DNA of 26,143 nt from Candidatus Hermodarchaeota archaeon (lineage in GTDB: Archaea > Asgardarchaeota > Hermodarchaeia > Hermodarchaeales > Hermodarchaeaceae): the NCBI GenBank assembly GCA_016840065.1, contig JAEOTB010000048.1, forward strand, positions 1 through 26,143, given 5' to 3'. The notes beneath the pieces are model-generated. The model saw nothing but the letters and a program-made list of their open reading frames with translations, was not told the origin of the DNA and ran no database searches. A program made the position numbers and the translations under genes. This document shows positions 18,064-26,014 of this stretch, piece after piece; the first letter of the stretch is position 1; each line of letters begins with the position of its first letter.

Positions 18064-19119
18064 TTAGGTGGACACCTCCTCTGATTGGCTGGATGATTGG
18101 AATTCGTCCTCACCAAAGATTCCACGAATTATATCTTCGAGGTTGGGTTCTTTGACTTCAATATCTTCGACGGTGACAAGGTCGAGGATTAGTTTCAGGA
18201 TTGTTGGTACTGCGATTTGGTCTTGGTTGATCGTTAGTTCAAACTGACCATTGCTCACTACTAGACCTGTGACTCCAGAGATTCCGCGGAGCTGCCGTCG
18301 CCAAGCTCGGGTTTTGGGTTTTCGGTAGATGACTCGGATTTGTCTTTCGTTGTGCCAGCGACGTTTCAATTGGTGTTTTGAGCCGTCAAATTTGATGTGA
18401 CCTTTAGAGATGAGGATGATGCGGTCGGTTAGCTCTTCGACGTCTCGCATGCTGTGGCTGCAGAGTAGGACCGTCACGTTCTCGTCGCGGTTGATGCGCC
18501 TGACGAAATCTCGGATTCGCTTCTTTGCGACCACATCAAGACCAACTGTCGGCTCATCAAGGAAGATAATCTCTGGTTTGTGGAGGAGAGCGGCAATAAT
18601 TTCGCAGCGCATCCGTTCGCCCAACGAGAGCCGCCGAGGAGCCGTTGCTAGGTAGTTGCGTATTTCTAGGATTTCAGAGAATTCTTCGAGCCTGCTTTCG
18701 AAATCCGACTTGGGGACATTGTACATCTTCTGATACAATTTCAAGCTTTCAATCACTGGAACATGACGCCAGAGGAGCGTACGTTGACCAAAGACCACGC
18801 CATAACGCATTGCACATTCGGTTCGGTTGCGATATGGATCCATTCCGAAGAGGCGTGCTTCACCAGAGGTAGGGCAGAGGATTCCGCTGAGTAGCTTAAC
18901 GGTTGTTGACTTGCCCGCGCCGTTGGGTCCCAGTAGGGCCACGCACTCGCCTGAGCGGATACTGAAGCTTACTCCGTCCACTGCTCTTATAGTTCGTTTC
19001 TCCCGTTTGAGGAATCCGTAGAGGCGTCGGGCTCTTCCCTTGCGTGGCTTCACCAGGGGTTTGGTGAAGGTTCGGACGATGTTGTCCACCTCTGCGATTG
19101 GTTCGTTTTGCAGTGGCAA
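18064..19119 (-). CDS. ABC transporter ATP-binding protein (ABC-2 exporter type)
   Basis: Walker A GPNGAGKS, VVFGQR, signature LSLGERMR and Walker B IIFLDEPT. TTG at 19119 (GGAGA upstream) is preferred because ATG 19158 abuts the TATA-like TTTTTATAG. Confidence 0.92.
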   Translation of the reverse strand: MPLQNEPIAEVDNIVRTFTKPLVKPRKGRARRLYGFLKREKRTIRAVDGVSFSIRSGECVALLGPNGAGKSTTVKLLSGILCPTSGEARLFGMDPYRNRTECAMRYGVVFGQRTLLWRHVPVIESLKLYQKMYNVPKSDFESRLEEFSEILEIRNYLATAPRRLSLGERMRCEIIAALLHKPEIIFLDEPTVGLDVVAKKRIRDFVRRINRDENVTVLLCSHSMRDVEELTDRIILISKGHIKFDGSKHQLKRRWHNERQIRVIYRKPKTRAWRRQLRGISGVTGLVVSNGQFELTINQDQIAVPTILKLILDLVTVEDIEVKEPNLEDIIRGIFGEDEFQSSSQSEEVST

Positions 19120-19250
19120 GATTATAGATCTCCGGTAATTGGGTGGGAACACCAACATAACTATAAAAATATTACTAAAAGAATAACAGAATCGTTAACC
19201 TATTGTGGGCTACCCCGATGAAAGAAGGCTAGCACAACACACAACATTCA

Positions 19251-19274
19251 TTATCATTTCACTCACAATGATAA
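19251..19274. promoter_or_regulatory. Perfect inverted repeat TTATCATT-N8-AATGATAA, candidate operator
   Basis: 8-bp perfect arms about 80 nt upstream of the TATA-like element (19161-19169) of the ABC operon. Confidence 0.4.
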
Positions 19275-19421
19275 CCTCTGATCCCATACAATCACTAACC
19301 CCAAAGTCCACAGGTCAGCGGAACAGGCTAATCTAATCCAACTTAAAAATAATCATCAAGATAGCCTCAGCAAGAAATCACTGGATACCTCCTCAAAAAC
19401 CTTATGGCTAGAACTCGATAG

Positions 19422-19671
19422 TAAGAAAAGAGGTGGTAGGCGAGTTGCGTCTAACCCTGATGCCTTTCAACTCGCATCAAGGAATAGCTGGGACTAAAAC
19501 AGTGTAGGAGAGCAGCTAGTGAAAAATCCGGAATCAAAGTGTGGGTGAAAGTGTCTCTTCGACCAATGATTCCGGTAAACCTGCTGTAGCGTAGCCTCTT
19601 TCTGACATTCAACAACTCGCCCACCTACGGGCTTTGATACGCACCATTCACCTTACAATGAAGCAGTGCGC
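19422..19671 (-). ncRNA. Candidate structured non-coding RNA of unknown family (~250 nt)
   Basis: TATA-like TTTTTAT at 19697-19691. Helices: 19639-19671 hairpin with a GUAA loop; 19625-19613 with 19447-19435; 19575-19567 with 19536-19528; 19482-19474 with 19463-19455. Mismatches resolve as GU only on the minus strand. U-rich 3' end. Confidence 0.55.
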
Positions 19672-19777
19672 TTGGTTGTTCTTGTGGTGGATAAAAAGAG
19701 TATTATTTCGGCACATCAACTGGGGCCTAAATCGAAGCCTTTATCCTCTATTCGTTAGAGGCAACAGAGCTATCCGC

Positions 19778-21475
19778 TTAGGGGTTCATTTCATAAGCGT
19801 CTTTCAGGGCATGTACTGTCTTCCAGACCCTTTGATACCGTTTCTCGTCAACAGATGGTTTCCTAATCATCTGCTGGCAGAACTCCATCTGCTTAGGAGT
19901 ACTACTTGGTTTGTTGTGGAGCTGTAAGGCGAAGGTTGAGTAGTCTCGTACCATGAAATCAAAAATCTGGTCAACGGTTGCATCATCTAACTTGTAGATT
20001 TTAGCATTCTCCAGAATGAGTTGCCCGTAGACCACCAAGGCGAACAAGTCACTCACGGTCATGGCAAAATCGGTGTCCTCGCGCTGATCCTTATCTGGAG
20101 TCGCCTGACCCAACAAATCCTTGAAAGCTGCAACCTGCTCCTTGAAGATTCCAACATTTGGCAAATCGTAGCTATCAAAGGCAGCAGAATAATCGTGGAA
20201 CTGAACCTTTCCCAGCCCACGCGTCGGCCCCTGCTGGAAGAGGAAATCATCATTCTGAGCTGCATCCATCATGGGAACTTCAGGGAATTTTCCAGGATTG
20301 AAGAAGTAGTTCAATATGAACTTGGCAACCAGAGCAAGATTCACGTGAACCGTACCCTCCAGCTTGGGCAGAGCCCGAATATCCCGGGCTGCCATCTCAA
20401 AATACATGTCCTTCTCAAAACCCTTAGCAGCAATCACATCCCAGAGAAGGTTGATAACCTCCTCGCCCTGCAGTGTCACCTTCATCTTGACCAAAGTATT
20501 GTACAGGAGATATCGTCGATCCTCAAGGGATGCAACACGCATGTAATCAGCCGCCCGCAAAGCGAACAACTTCATGGCCACTAATCTTGTGTAAGCGTCA
20601 ACGAACATACGCTGTACATGGGAGAAATCAGTCACGTACATACCGTAGAGGCGCCGGTTGGCAGCATGGTTAATGGCTTCATAAAAGGCATGCGTGCATA
20701 TGCCGATGGAAGCCCAACCCAAGTTAAATTTACCAACATTGACCGTATTAAGACAGCAATCCCAAGCCTCCCGACCCTGAGCTAGAACATCAGCCTCAGA
20801 GACCGGGTAATCTTTCAACGCATACTCGCCCACATAATTCTGACTGTTACAAACATTCTGAACACAATCGTAACCCCTGTTACGATAGTCGGCAACAAAA
20901 AACACATAGTCGCCGCTATCAGCCATCTTCCCAAAAGTCGACACCATCGGAGCCACATTCGCGTTGCCGATATAATACTTCGAGCCGTTGGCAACATAGG
21001 CTCCATCACCCTTTGGTGTGAGTGTCATTTCAGTCGAGTAGATGTCAGCACCGTGAGCACGCTCTGATAAACCAAGGGCGAATACGTTCCCCTCCTTGAG
21101 CAGCTTTGCAGCCTTGCGTTTAGCTTCCTCGTTCTTACTCATCCAGATGGGCCCCAGACCAAGGATTGAAACCTGCCAAGTATACCAATAAGCTAGTCCG
21201 TAGAAGCCGAGGATTTCGTTGAATCCGCAGTTTCTCCAGGTGTCCCAGCGGCAGTCCTTGTTTGTGGAATATTCTGTTGGTGTTAGGAGGGTTGCGAAGA
21301 GTTCCTCTCTCTTTTGGAATTCGATGAATTCTGTGTAGAAGCTTCGGGCGTGGTCGTCTTCCTTGAGTTTTCGTTTCCCTCGTTTCTCGAACCACTCGAT
21401 GGTTTTGAGCATGATTTCTTTGGAGCGTTCATCGGGGTATGGGCGTGTGTATTTGTTGGGGTTTAGGAGAATCAT
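19778..21475 (-). CDS. Acyl-CoA dehydrogenase family protein
   Basis: FALGLSERAHGAD, NGSKYYIGN, NTVNVGKFNLG and RDIRALPKLEGT. Likely ATG at 21475 (MILLNP). Confidence 0.92.
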   Translation of the reverse strand: MILLNPNKYTRPYPDERSKEIMLKTIEWFEKRGKRKLKEDDHARSFYTEFIEFQKREELFATLLTPTEYSTNKDCRWDTWRNCGFNEILGFYGLAYWYTWQVSILGLGPIWMSKNEEAKRKAAKLLKEGNVFALGLSERAHGADIYSTEMTLTPKGDGAYVANGSKYYIGNANVAPMVSTFGKMADSGDYVFFVADYRNRGYDCVQNVCNSQNYVGEYALKDYPVSEADVLAQGREAWDCCLNTVNVGKFNLGWASIGICTHAFYEAINHAANRRLYGMYVTDFSHVQRMFVDAYTRLVAMKLFALRAADYMRVASLEDRRYLLYNTLVKMKVTLQGEEVINLLWDVIAAKGFEKDMYFEMAARDIRALPKLEGTVHVNLALVAKFILNYFFNPGKFPEVPMMDAAQNDDFLFQQGPTRGLGKVQFHDYSAAFDSYDLPNVGIFKEQVAAFKDLLGQATPDKDQREDTDFAMTVSDLFALVVYGQLILENAKIYKLDDATVDQIFDFMVRDYSTFALQLHNKPSSTPKQMEFCQQMIRKPSVDEKRYQRVWKTVHALKDAYEMNP

Positions 21476-21630
21476 CTTGCCACATCCAGTCAACTTCCTC
21501 AGGTTCTACTCAGAGATAAGTCTAGGGGTCATTAACGACCTGAGTAAAAAGGGGTGGGTGAATTCTTAGGTGATTTGTCTTTCTGGTTTTTCCCGAATAA
21601 GATTGGTTTTGTTGTGGGTTTGTAGTGATA

Positions 21631-21668
21631 AGTGGCTGAGCAACCATGCAGCCACTGAGTTTTTCTCT
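21631..21668 (+). promoter_or_regulatory. 8-bp inverted repeat followed by a T-rich tract in a divergent intergenic region
   Basis: AGTGGCTG-N10-CAGCCACT, then GAGTTTTTCTCT; an operator or terminator-like element. Confidence 0.3.
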
Positions 21669-21720
21669 TCCTAGTAACTCTTTTATTTCATCACGATTGT
21701 ACTAGTTTTGGGAGGTTATT

Positions 21721-22173
21721 ATGTCTGGAGAACATCTCTATGCACCAATAGCAATACTTGATCAAAGACTTCTTGACCTTGTCCCAAAGGGGGACACAAT
21801 ACTCTACACCTCGAGAGCAACTATCTGGAAGACTGGTTTTGGTGGCGACAAGAAATACGGTCACTTAATCCTAACCGAAAGTGGGATTGCTTTCAGAGCA
21901 TCCAAAGGAGGATACCGAGGAGGCTGGGTCTCCATGGCGAAGGGCTCCATGCAAGACTATGTCCCGTATGAGCTAATCTATGAGTTTCACAATAAGGGGC
22001 GGACAGTGCGTATCAAGCAGACTCTTGCTGAGAACCCTGACAAGAGGCGAGGCTGGAAGTTTCACATCGAGCGTTGCAAGGAGGCAAAGGAGAGCAAAGA
22101 CTCCTGGAAACAGCGAGAGAAACTCTTCGGCGACTTCTTCGAGGATCTTTATCGGTCTGCAATAGGAAAATAA
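21721..22173 (+). CDS. Hypothetical protein, possible PH/GRAM-like fold
   Basis: GGAGGT RBS before ATG. GHLILTESGIAF resembles the GxLxLTxxxIxF strand pair of PH/GRAM domains; several beta strands precede a C-terminal helix. Confidence 0.7.
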   Translation: MSGEHLYAPIAILDQRLLDLVPKGDTILYTSRATIWKTGFGGDKKYGHLILTESGIAFRASKGGYRGGWVSMAKGSMQDYVPYELIYEFHNKGRTVRIKQTLAENPDKRRGWKFHIERCKEAKESKDSWKQREKLFGDFFEDLYRSAIGK

Positions 22174-22256
22174 CTAACACGACATTCCATAGTGGATTCT
22201 AGTGGCAGCACTCTTGGACTTGACTTCATAAACCATTGAATACCGATGGATGGCAT

Positions 22257-22904
22257 TCAACCAAGCCTGTATTCTTTTCCAGGTTCCAGTATTTGGACAT
22301 GAATATCAGGGGCAACCTCTAGCCTACGTCGGAAGACCTCAGGGTTTTTGTCCCATATATGCATGGGAATTACTATCCTTGGCTTGATGACAAGAGCAGC
22401 TTCTGCTCCATCAACGTCGTCTAGGGTGTAGGTTCCACCTGTGGGTAGCAGCGCAACATCCACCTTTCCGAGTTTTTCCATTTCAGGTATGAGTCCAGTG
22501 TCACCAGCATGATAGATAGTCTGCCCCTCCACGGTCACCAAATAGCCTACGCCAAATCCCTTAGGGTGGAACGGTTTCCCGGGTGAACGGAACCGTTTCA
22601 CGTTGTAGGCCTCCACGGCCTTGACGTGTATGCCTTCTAGGTCAATCTCCTCGCCTGCCAAAAGGGATTTCACTTCGCCCCCTATCTTTTCAACACAATC
22701 TGCAGGGGCTATGATGATGGTAGAGTCTTGGCGAACCTCTTTGATCTTCGCGGGGTCACAATGATCGTAGTGAGAGTGGGTGACGAGAATCACGTCAGCT
22801 GGTTCGGTTGGTTTTGAACTCTTCTCTAAATCGATGTATATAACCATCTCTTGGGCGTTTATCTGAAAAGCAGCATGTCCAAGCCATTTGATTACAACAG
22901 TCAT
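22257..22904 (-). CDS. Metallo-beta-lactamase-fold hydrolase
   Basis: KWLGHAAF, IYID, THSHYDH (HxHxDH), IYHAGDT, DVALLP.GG and IPMH. Confidence 0.92.
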   Translation of the reverse strand: MTVVIKWLGHAAFQINAQEMVIYIDLEKSSKPTEPADVILVTHSHYDHCDPAKIKEVRQDSTIIIAPADCVEKIGGEVKSLLAGEEIDLEGIHVKAVEAYNVKRFRSPGKPFHPKGFGVGYLVTVEGQTIYHAGDTGLIPEMEKLGKVDVALLPTGGTYTLDDVDGAEAALVIKPRIVIPMHIWDKNPEVFRRRLEVAPDIHVQILEPGKEYRLG

Positions 22905-22956
22905 CTCTCTAACCTCGAATACTTGACCTAAGATAAACAGTGTACAATTTAAGAGG

Positions 22957-23073
22957 TTACTTCATCACATTTGCCCTGTGGCATTGACAACAGTAGCCTC
23001 TTTTCCCTTTCTTTTGTTCGATCAGACATCTCTTACATTCAGTGTGCCTACAATAGCTGCATTTACGAGCCAT
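22957..23073 (-). CDS. Cys/His-rich microprotein 2 (38 aa)
   Basis: Hand translation: MARKCSYCRHTECKRCLIEQKKGKRGYCCQCHRANVMK*. Same motif spacing as the adjacent 55-aa ORF. TTATAA lies upstream at 23111-23116. Confidence 0.85.
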   Translation of the reverse strand: MARKCSYCRHTECKRCLIEQKKGKRGYCCQCHRANVMK

Positions 23074-23143
23074 AATCCGTCACGTCTGTGTATTATTCTT
23101 CCTTTCTCAGTTATAATAATTCCTAAGTTCTGAATGTCGAAGT

Positions 23144-23311
23144 TCAGCGCTTTGCGCGTTTCCTTGGCTTCTTCTTAAAACCTAGTTGATGGCATCGGCA
23201 GCAGAAGCCGGTTCCTCCTCTAACCTCGCCCGCCCGGCAATGGTTACAGCGGGTGTGACCACACACACTGCATGTCTTCAACCGACTCTTCGATCTTGAC
23301 TCAAATGTCAT
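23144..23311 (-). CDS. Cys/His-rich microprotein 1 (55 aa) with a basic tail
   Basis: Hand translation: MTFESRSKSRLKTCSVCGHTRCNHCRAGEVRGGTGFCCRCHQLGFKKKPRKRAKR*. TATA-like CTATATAG at 23331-23338, about 20-27 nt upstream of the ATG. An alternative TTG start is at 23281. Confidence 0.85.
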   Translation of the reverse strand: MTFESRSKSRLKTCSVCGHTRCNHCRAGEVRGGTGFCCRCHQLGFKKKPRKRAKR

Positions 23312-23398
23312 GACTAGCCATCCTAGATTTCTATATAGATTATTTAGTATTTTGAACTTAAAACCGCAGCGATTCGGGAAAACTAAGGGATTACCTAG

Positions 23399-23866
23399 TT
23401 AGAGCTTCGACAGTTCTTCCTCAATAAAACCAAGATGCTGTTTGAGTTGGTCTCGCATTCTTATTAGTACAGTCTTCCGTTCCTCAAGGGGTAGGTTTTC
23501 TAGGATTATTTCAGAAAAGTGCATCATCGGATTTGGCATTTGATCGGAAATGATCAGGTTTGAAAACAGTCTAGCAAATTTACCTAGTTCTTCCTTTGCG
23601 TGCCTCTTCCCCTTCCTGGTAATAGTGTAAATTGTCCGTTCCACTTCGCCCTTGAAGTCTTTCTCGCTAGTAATATACTCGTCCTCTTCAAGGGATTCGA
23701 GCATCTTGTAGAGCATGGAGTGGGAGGGGGTCCATCTGCCCTGTGTCATCTGTTCGATTCTTTTCATGATTTCGTAGCCGTGCATTGGTTCATCACGGAG
23801 TAGACGAAGAGTAAAGACATGGAGGAGGAATCCTTTGGGTCGACGGAAGAAGGAGGGTGATTTCAT
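23399..23866 (-). CDS. PadR-family transcriptional regulator
   Basis: LRLL...PMHGYEIMK.I...W.PS.SMLY..L..LE...YI and RTIYTITRKGK winged helix; AAGGA upstream. Confidence 0.93.
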   Translation of the reverse strand: MKSPSFFRRPKGFLLHVFTLRLLRDEPMHGYEIMKRIEQMTQGRWTPSHSMLYKMLESLEEDEYITSEKDFKGEVERTIYTITRKGKRHAKEELGKFARLFSNLIISDQMPNPMMHFSEIILENLPLEERKTVLIRMRDQLKQHLGFIEEELSKL

Positions 23867-23959
23867 TGGTACTAATTCCTTCTAAACACTTATATATCTA
23901 TTTTTGTTTCATGTCAATAAAATACATAAAATGCACCTATCCCATAGAAGGTAATCCAA

Positions 23960-24706
23960 ATGAGTAGTAGCCGGTCACAAGCGCGTACACGCACTTCAAA
24001 ACCTAAGCTTACATTTCTGGTCGAAACAGAAAACCTTCACCGCACTTACACCATGGGCAAGGTTGAGCTACATGCGCTTCGTGGTGTTGACCTGCAGGTT
24101 GAACCCGGTGAATTCGTGGTTATCCTCGGTGTCTCTGGGAGCGGGAAATCGACACTCCTCCATCTCTTAGGAGGCCTCGACCGCCCCACCCAAGGCAAAG
24201 TCATCATTGAAGGCGAAGACCTCTCAGAATTAAGTGACAATCAGCTCGCAGAGGTACGCCTCCAGAAAGTAGGTTTTGTATTCCAATTCTTCAATCTCAT
24301 GCCACAGCTTTCAGCTCAAGCTAACGTAGAACTACCGCTCTTCTTAGCAGACGTTCCCGCAAAGGAGGCTCAAACACGAGCCACCGAACTCCTCACCCTG
24401 GTAGGACTTTCTGAGCGACGCGAACACCGTCCAACAGAGCTAAGCGGTGGCGAGCAGCAGCGAGTAGCGATAGCCCGGGCCTTGGCAAACCAACCACAGA
24501 TTGTGTTAGCGGACGAACCCACAGGCAACCTAGATACAAAGACTGGTGCAGAAATCATCCGTTTACTGAAAAAGGTAAACCAAGACCAAAAACAGACAGT
24601 TATCGTTGTATGTCATGACCGAAGATTAACAGAGGTAGCAGATAGAGTGATTGAAATGAGAGACGGTCAATTCATCAGTGAAAAACCTGGAGGTGCCAAA
24701 ACATGA
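23960..24706 (+). CDS. ABC transporter ATP-binding protein, LolD/MacB type
   Basis: GVSGSGKS, VGFVFQFFNL, LSGGEQQRVAIARAL and LADEPTGNLD. Confidence 0.95.
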   Translation: MSSSRSQARTRTSKPKLTFLVETENLHRTYTMGKVELHALRGVDLQVEPGEFVVILGVSGSGKSTLLHLLGGLDRPTQGKVIIEGEDLSELSDNQLAEVRLQKVGFVFQFFNLMPQLSAQANVELPLFLADVPAKEAQTRATELLTLVGLSERREHRPTELSGGEQQRVAIARALANQPQIVLADEPTGNLDTKTGAEIIRLLKKVNQDQKQTVIVVCHDRRLTEVADRVIEMRDGQFISEKPGGAKT

Positions 24707-25986
24707 AGGTGCGACGAATTCTTGGATTGGCATTAACAAACATGAGACGTCGGAAGCTCCGCACCGGCCTTACCGCCTTAGGTATCATCATCGGAATCCT
24801 AGCGGTAGTCTCTATCTCAGCACTGAGCGGCGGCTTCGAGGTAGAAATGAGAGGGCAAATCGCCGAGAGCCTCGAAACCGATATTCTAATCGTTATGCCC
24901 GGCGGCGGAATAATGGGTGGAGGAGGACTAACTTATCTTTCAGAAAATGAATCTGAATACATTGCAACCAATATCACTGGAGTTGTAGCCGTTTTACCAT
25001 ACATGCAGCAGGGCGCAACCATCCACCTTGGTGACAACGAAACACTGGACACTCTGCTCACTGGACTCAACTTCACCCAGCTCTCGCAAGTCTATGGGGA
25101 TCGAGTGGAGTTCGCAGAAGGCGGAGCACCAGACCCACTAATCAACAACACATGCGTCCTAGGCTATCTGGAGGACCCAATAGCAGCGGTGGGCGACAAC
25201 ATAACAGTGGAATTCCTCATCCGGATTCCCGTTTGGCCATTCTTTAATGCGAAGAATTTCACCTTCACAGTAAGCGGCTTATTCGAAGAAGCAGGAACAT
25301 CTGGAGTAATGTCCTTTGACCGCGGATTATTCATTCCGCTAAACACCTCCAAGACGCTCTTCGATTCGGAAGAGATATCCACTATCATCGTCAAGATAGC
25401 TGACCCCGACCAGGCAGAAACAATCGCAGATGAAATCCGCGACTTCTACGAGGACCAGGCAATGGTGATAGTACCCACTTCTATCATTGAAATGGTGTCC
25501 ACATTGTTCAATCTGATGGAGGTATTCCTACTCGGAATAGCCTCAATCGCAATGCTAGTTGCAGGAATCAGCATATTGAACATAATGCTAGTAACAGTCA
25601 TGGAACGTACTCGGGAGATTGGTGTTATGAAAGCGTTGGGTGCAAAGGGTCGCACGATTCTTAGTCAGTTCCTCACCGAGGCAGCTCTTCTAGGTTTTAT
25701 CGGCGCCATCGTAGGCATTATCCTCGGTTACGGGCTAGCCTATGTGATGGGGATGCTTCTGCCGGTTATGTTCTCCGGACTAAGTTCCTCCATGGGAGAC
25801 CAATTTGGCGGTATGGGTTCCCAGAATATGGGGCAATTTAGCTCATTCACAATGACCCCGGTCCTTACCTTGGACACTATCATTATAGCGTTCACCTTCT
25901 CAATCCTGATAAGCGTGATCTTCGCCCTGTATCCGGCCCGGAAAGCCGCCAAACTCGATCCAGTGAAAGCACTCCGATACGAATAA
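24703..25986 (+). CDS. ABC transporter permease, MacB/FtsX type
   Basis: RT.LTALGIIIG, a large extracytoplasmic loop, NIMLVTVMERTREIGVMKALGA and YPARKAAKLDPVKALRYE; ATGA overlap with the ATPase. Confidence 0.95.
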   Translation: MKVRRILGLALTNMRRRKLRTGLTALGIIIGILAVVSISALSGGFEVEMRGQIAESLETDILIVMPGGGIMGGGGLTYLSENESEYIATNITGVVAVLPYMQQGATIHLGDNETLDTLLTGLNFTQLSQVYGDRVEFAEGGAPDPLINNTCVLGYLEDPIAAVGDNITVEFLIRIPVWPFFNAKNFTFTVSGLFEEAGTSGVMSFDRGLFIPLNTSKTLFDSEEISTIIVKIADPDQAETIADEIRDFYEDQAMVIVPTSIIEMVSTLFNLMEVFLLGIASIAMLVAGISILNIMLVTVMERTREIGVMKALGAKGRTILSQFLTEAALLGFIGAIVGIILGYGLAYVMGMLLPVMFSGLSSSMGDQFGGMGSQNMGQFSSFTMTPVLTLDTIIIAFTFSILISVIFALYPARKAAKLDPVKALRYE

Positions 25987-26014
25987 TCACTGTACCCTAA
26001 AGGACTCATTCTGG

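Noticed and set aside
19485-19496. Minus-strand UAGUCCCAGCUA matches the eukaryotic 7SL/Alu sequence, suggesting SRP RNA
   Set aside because: The GGGA partner of the Alu helix and the helix-8 motif (CAGG..GNRA..AGCA) are absent, and the match is near the 3' end rather than the 5' end. Treated as coincidence.
19340-19647. Cys-TGA endings of two mini-ORFs read as selenocysteine codons
   Set aside because: Read-through products resemble no selenoprotein I know and no convincing SECIS was seen.
19422-19671. RNase P RNA, tRNA, hammerhead ribozyme or IS200/IS605 end as the identity of the structured region
   Set aside because: No GAGGAAAGUCC-like core, no cloverleaf or TPsiC arm, no CUGANGA core, and no transposase, TnpB or IscB gene nearby.
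19634-19927. 97-aa plus-strand ORF
   Set aside because: Antisense overlap with the acyl-CoA dehydrogenase 3' end, atypical composition and no RBS.
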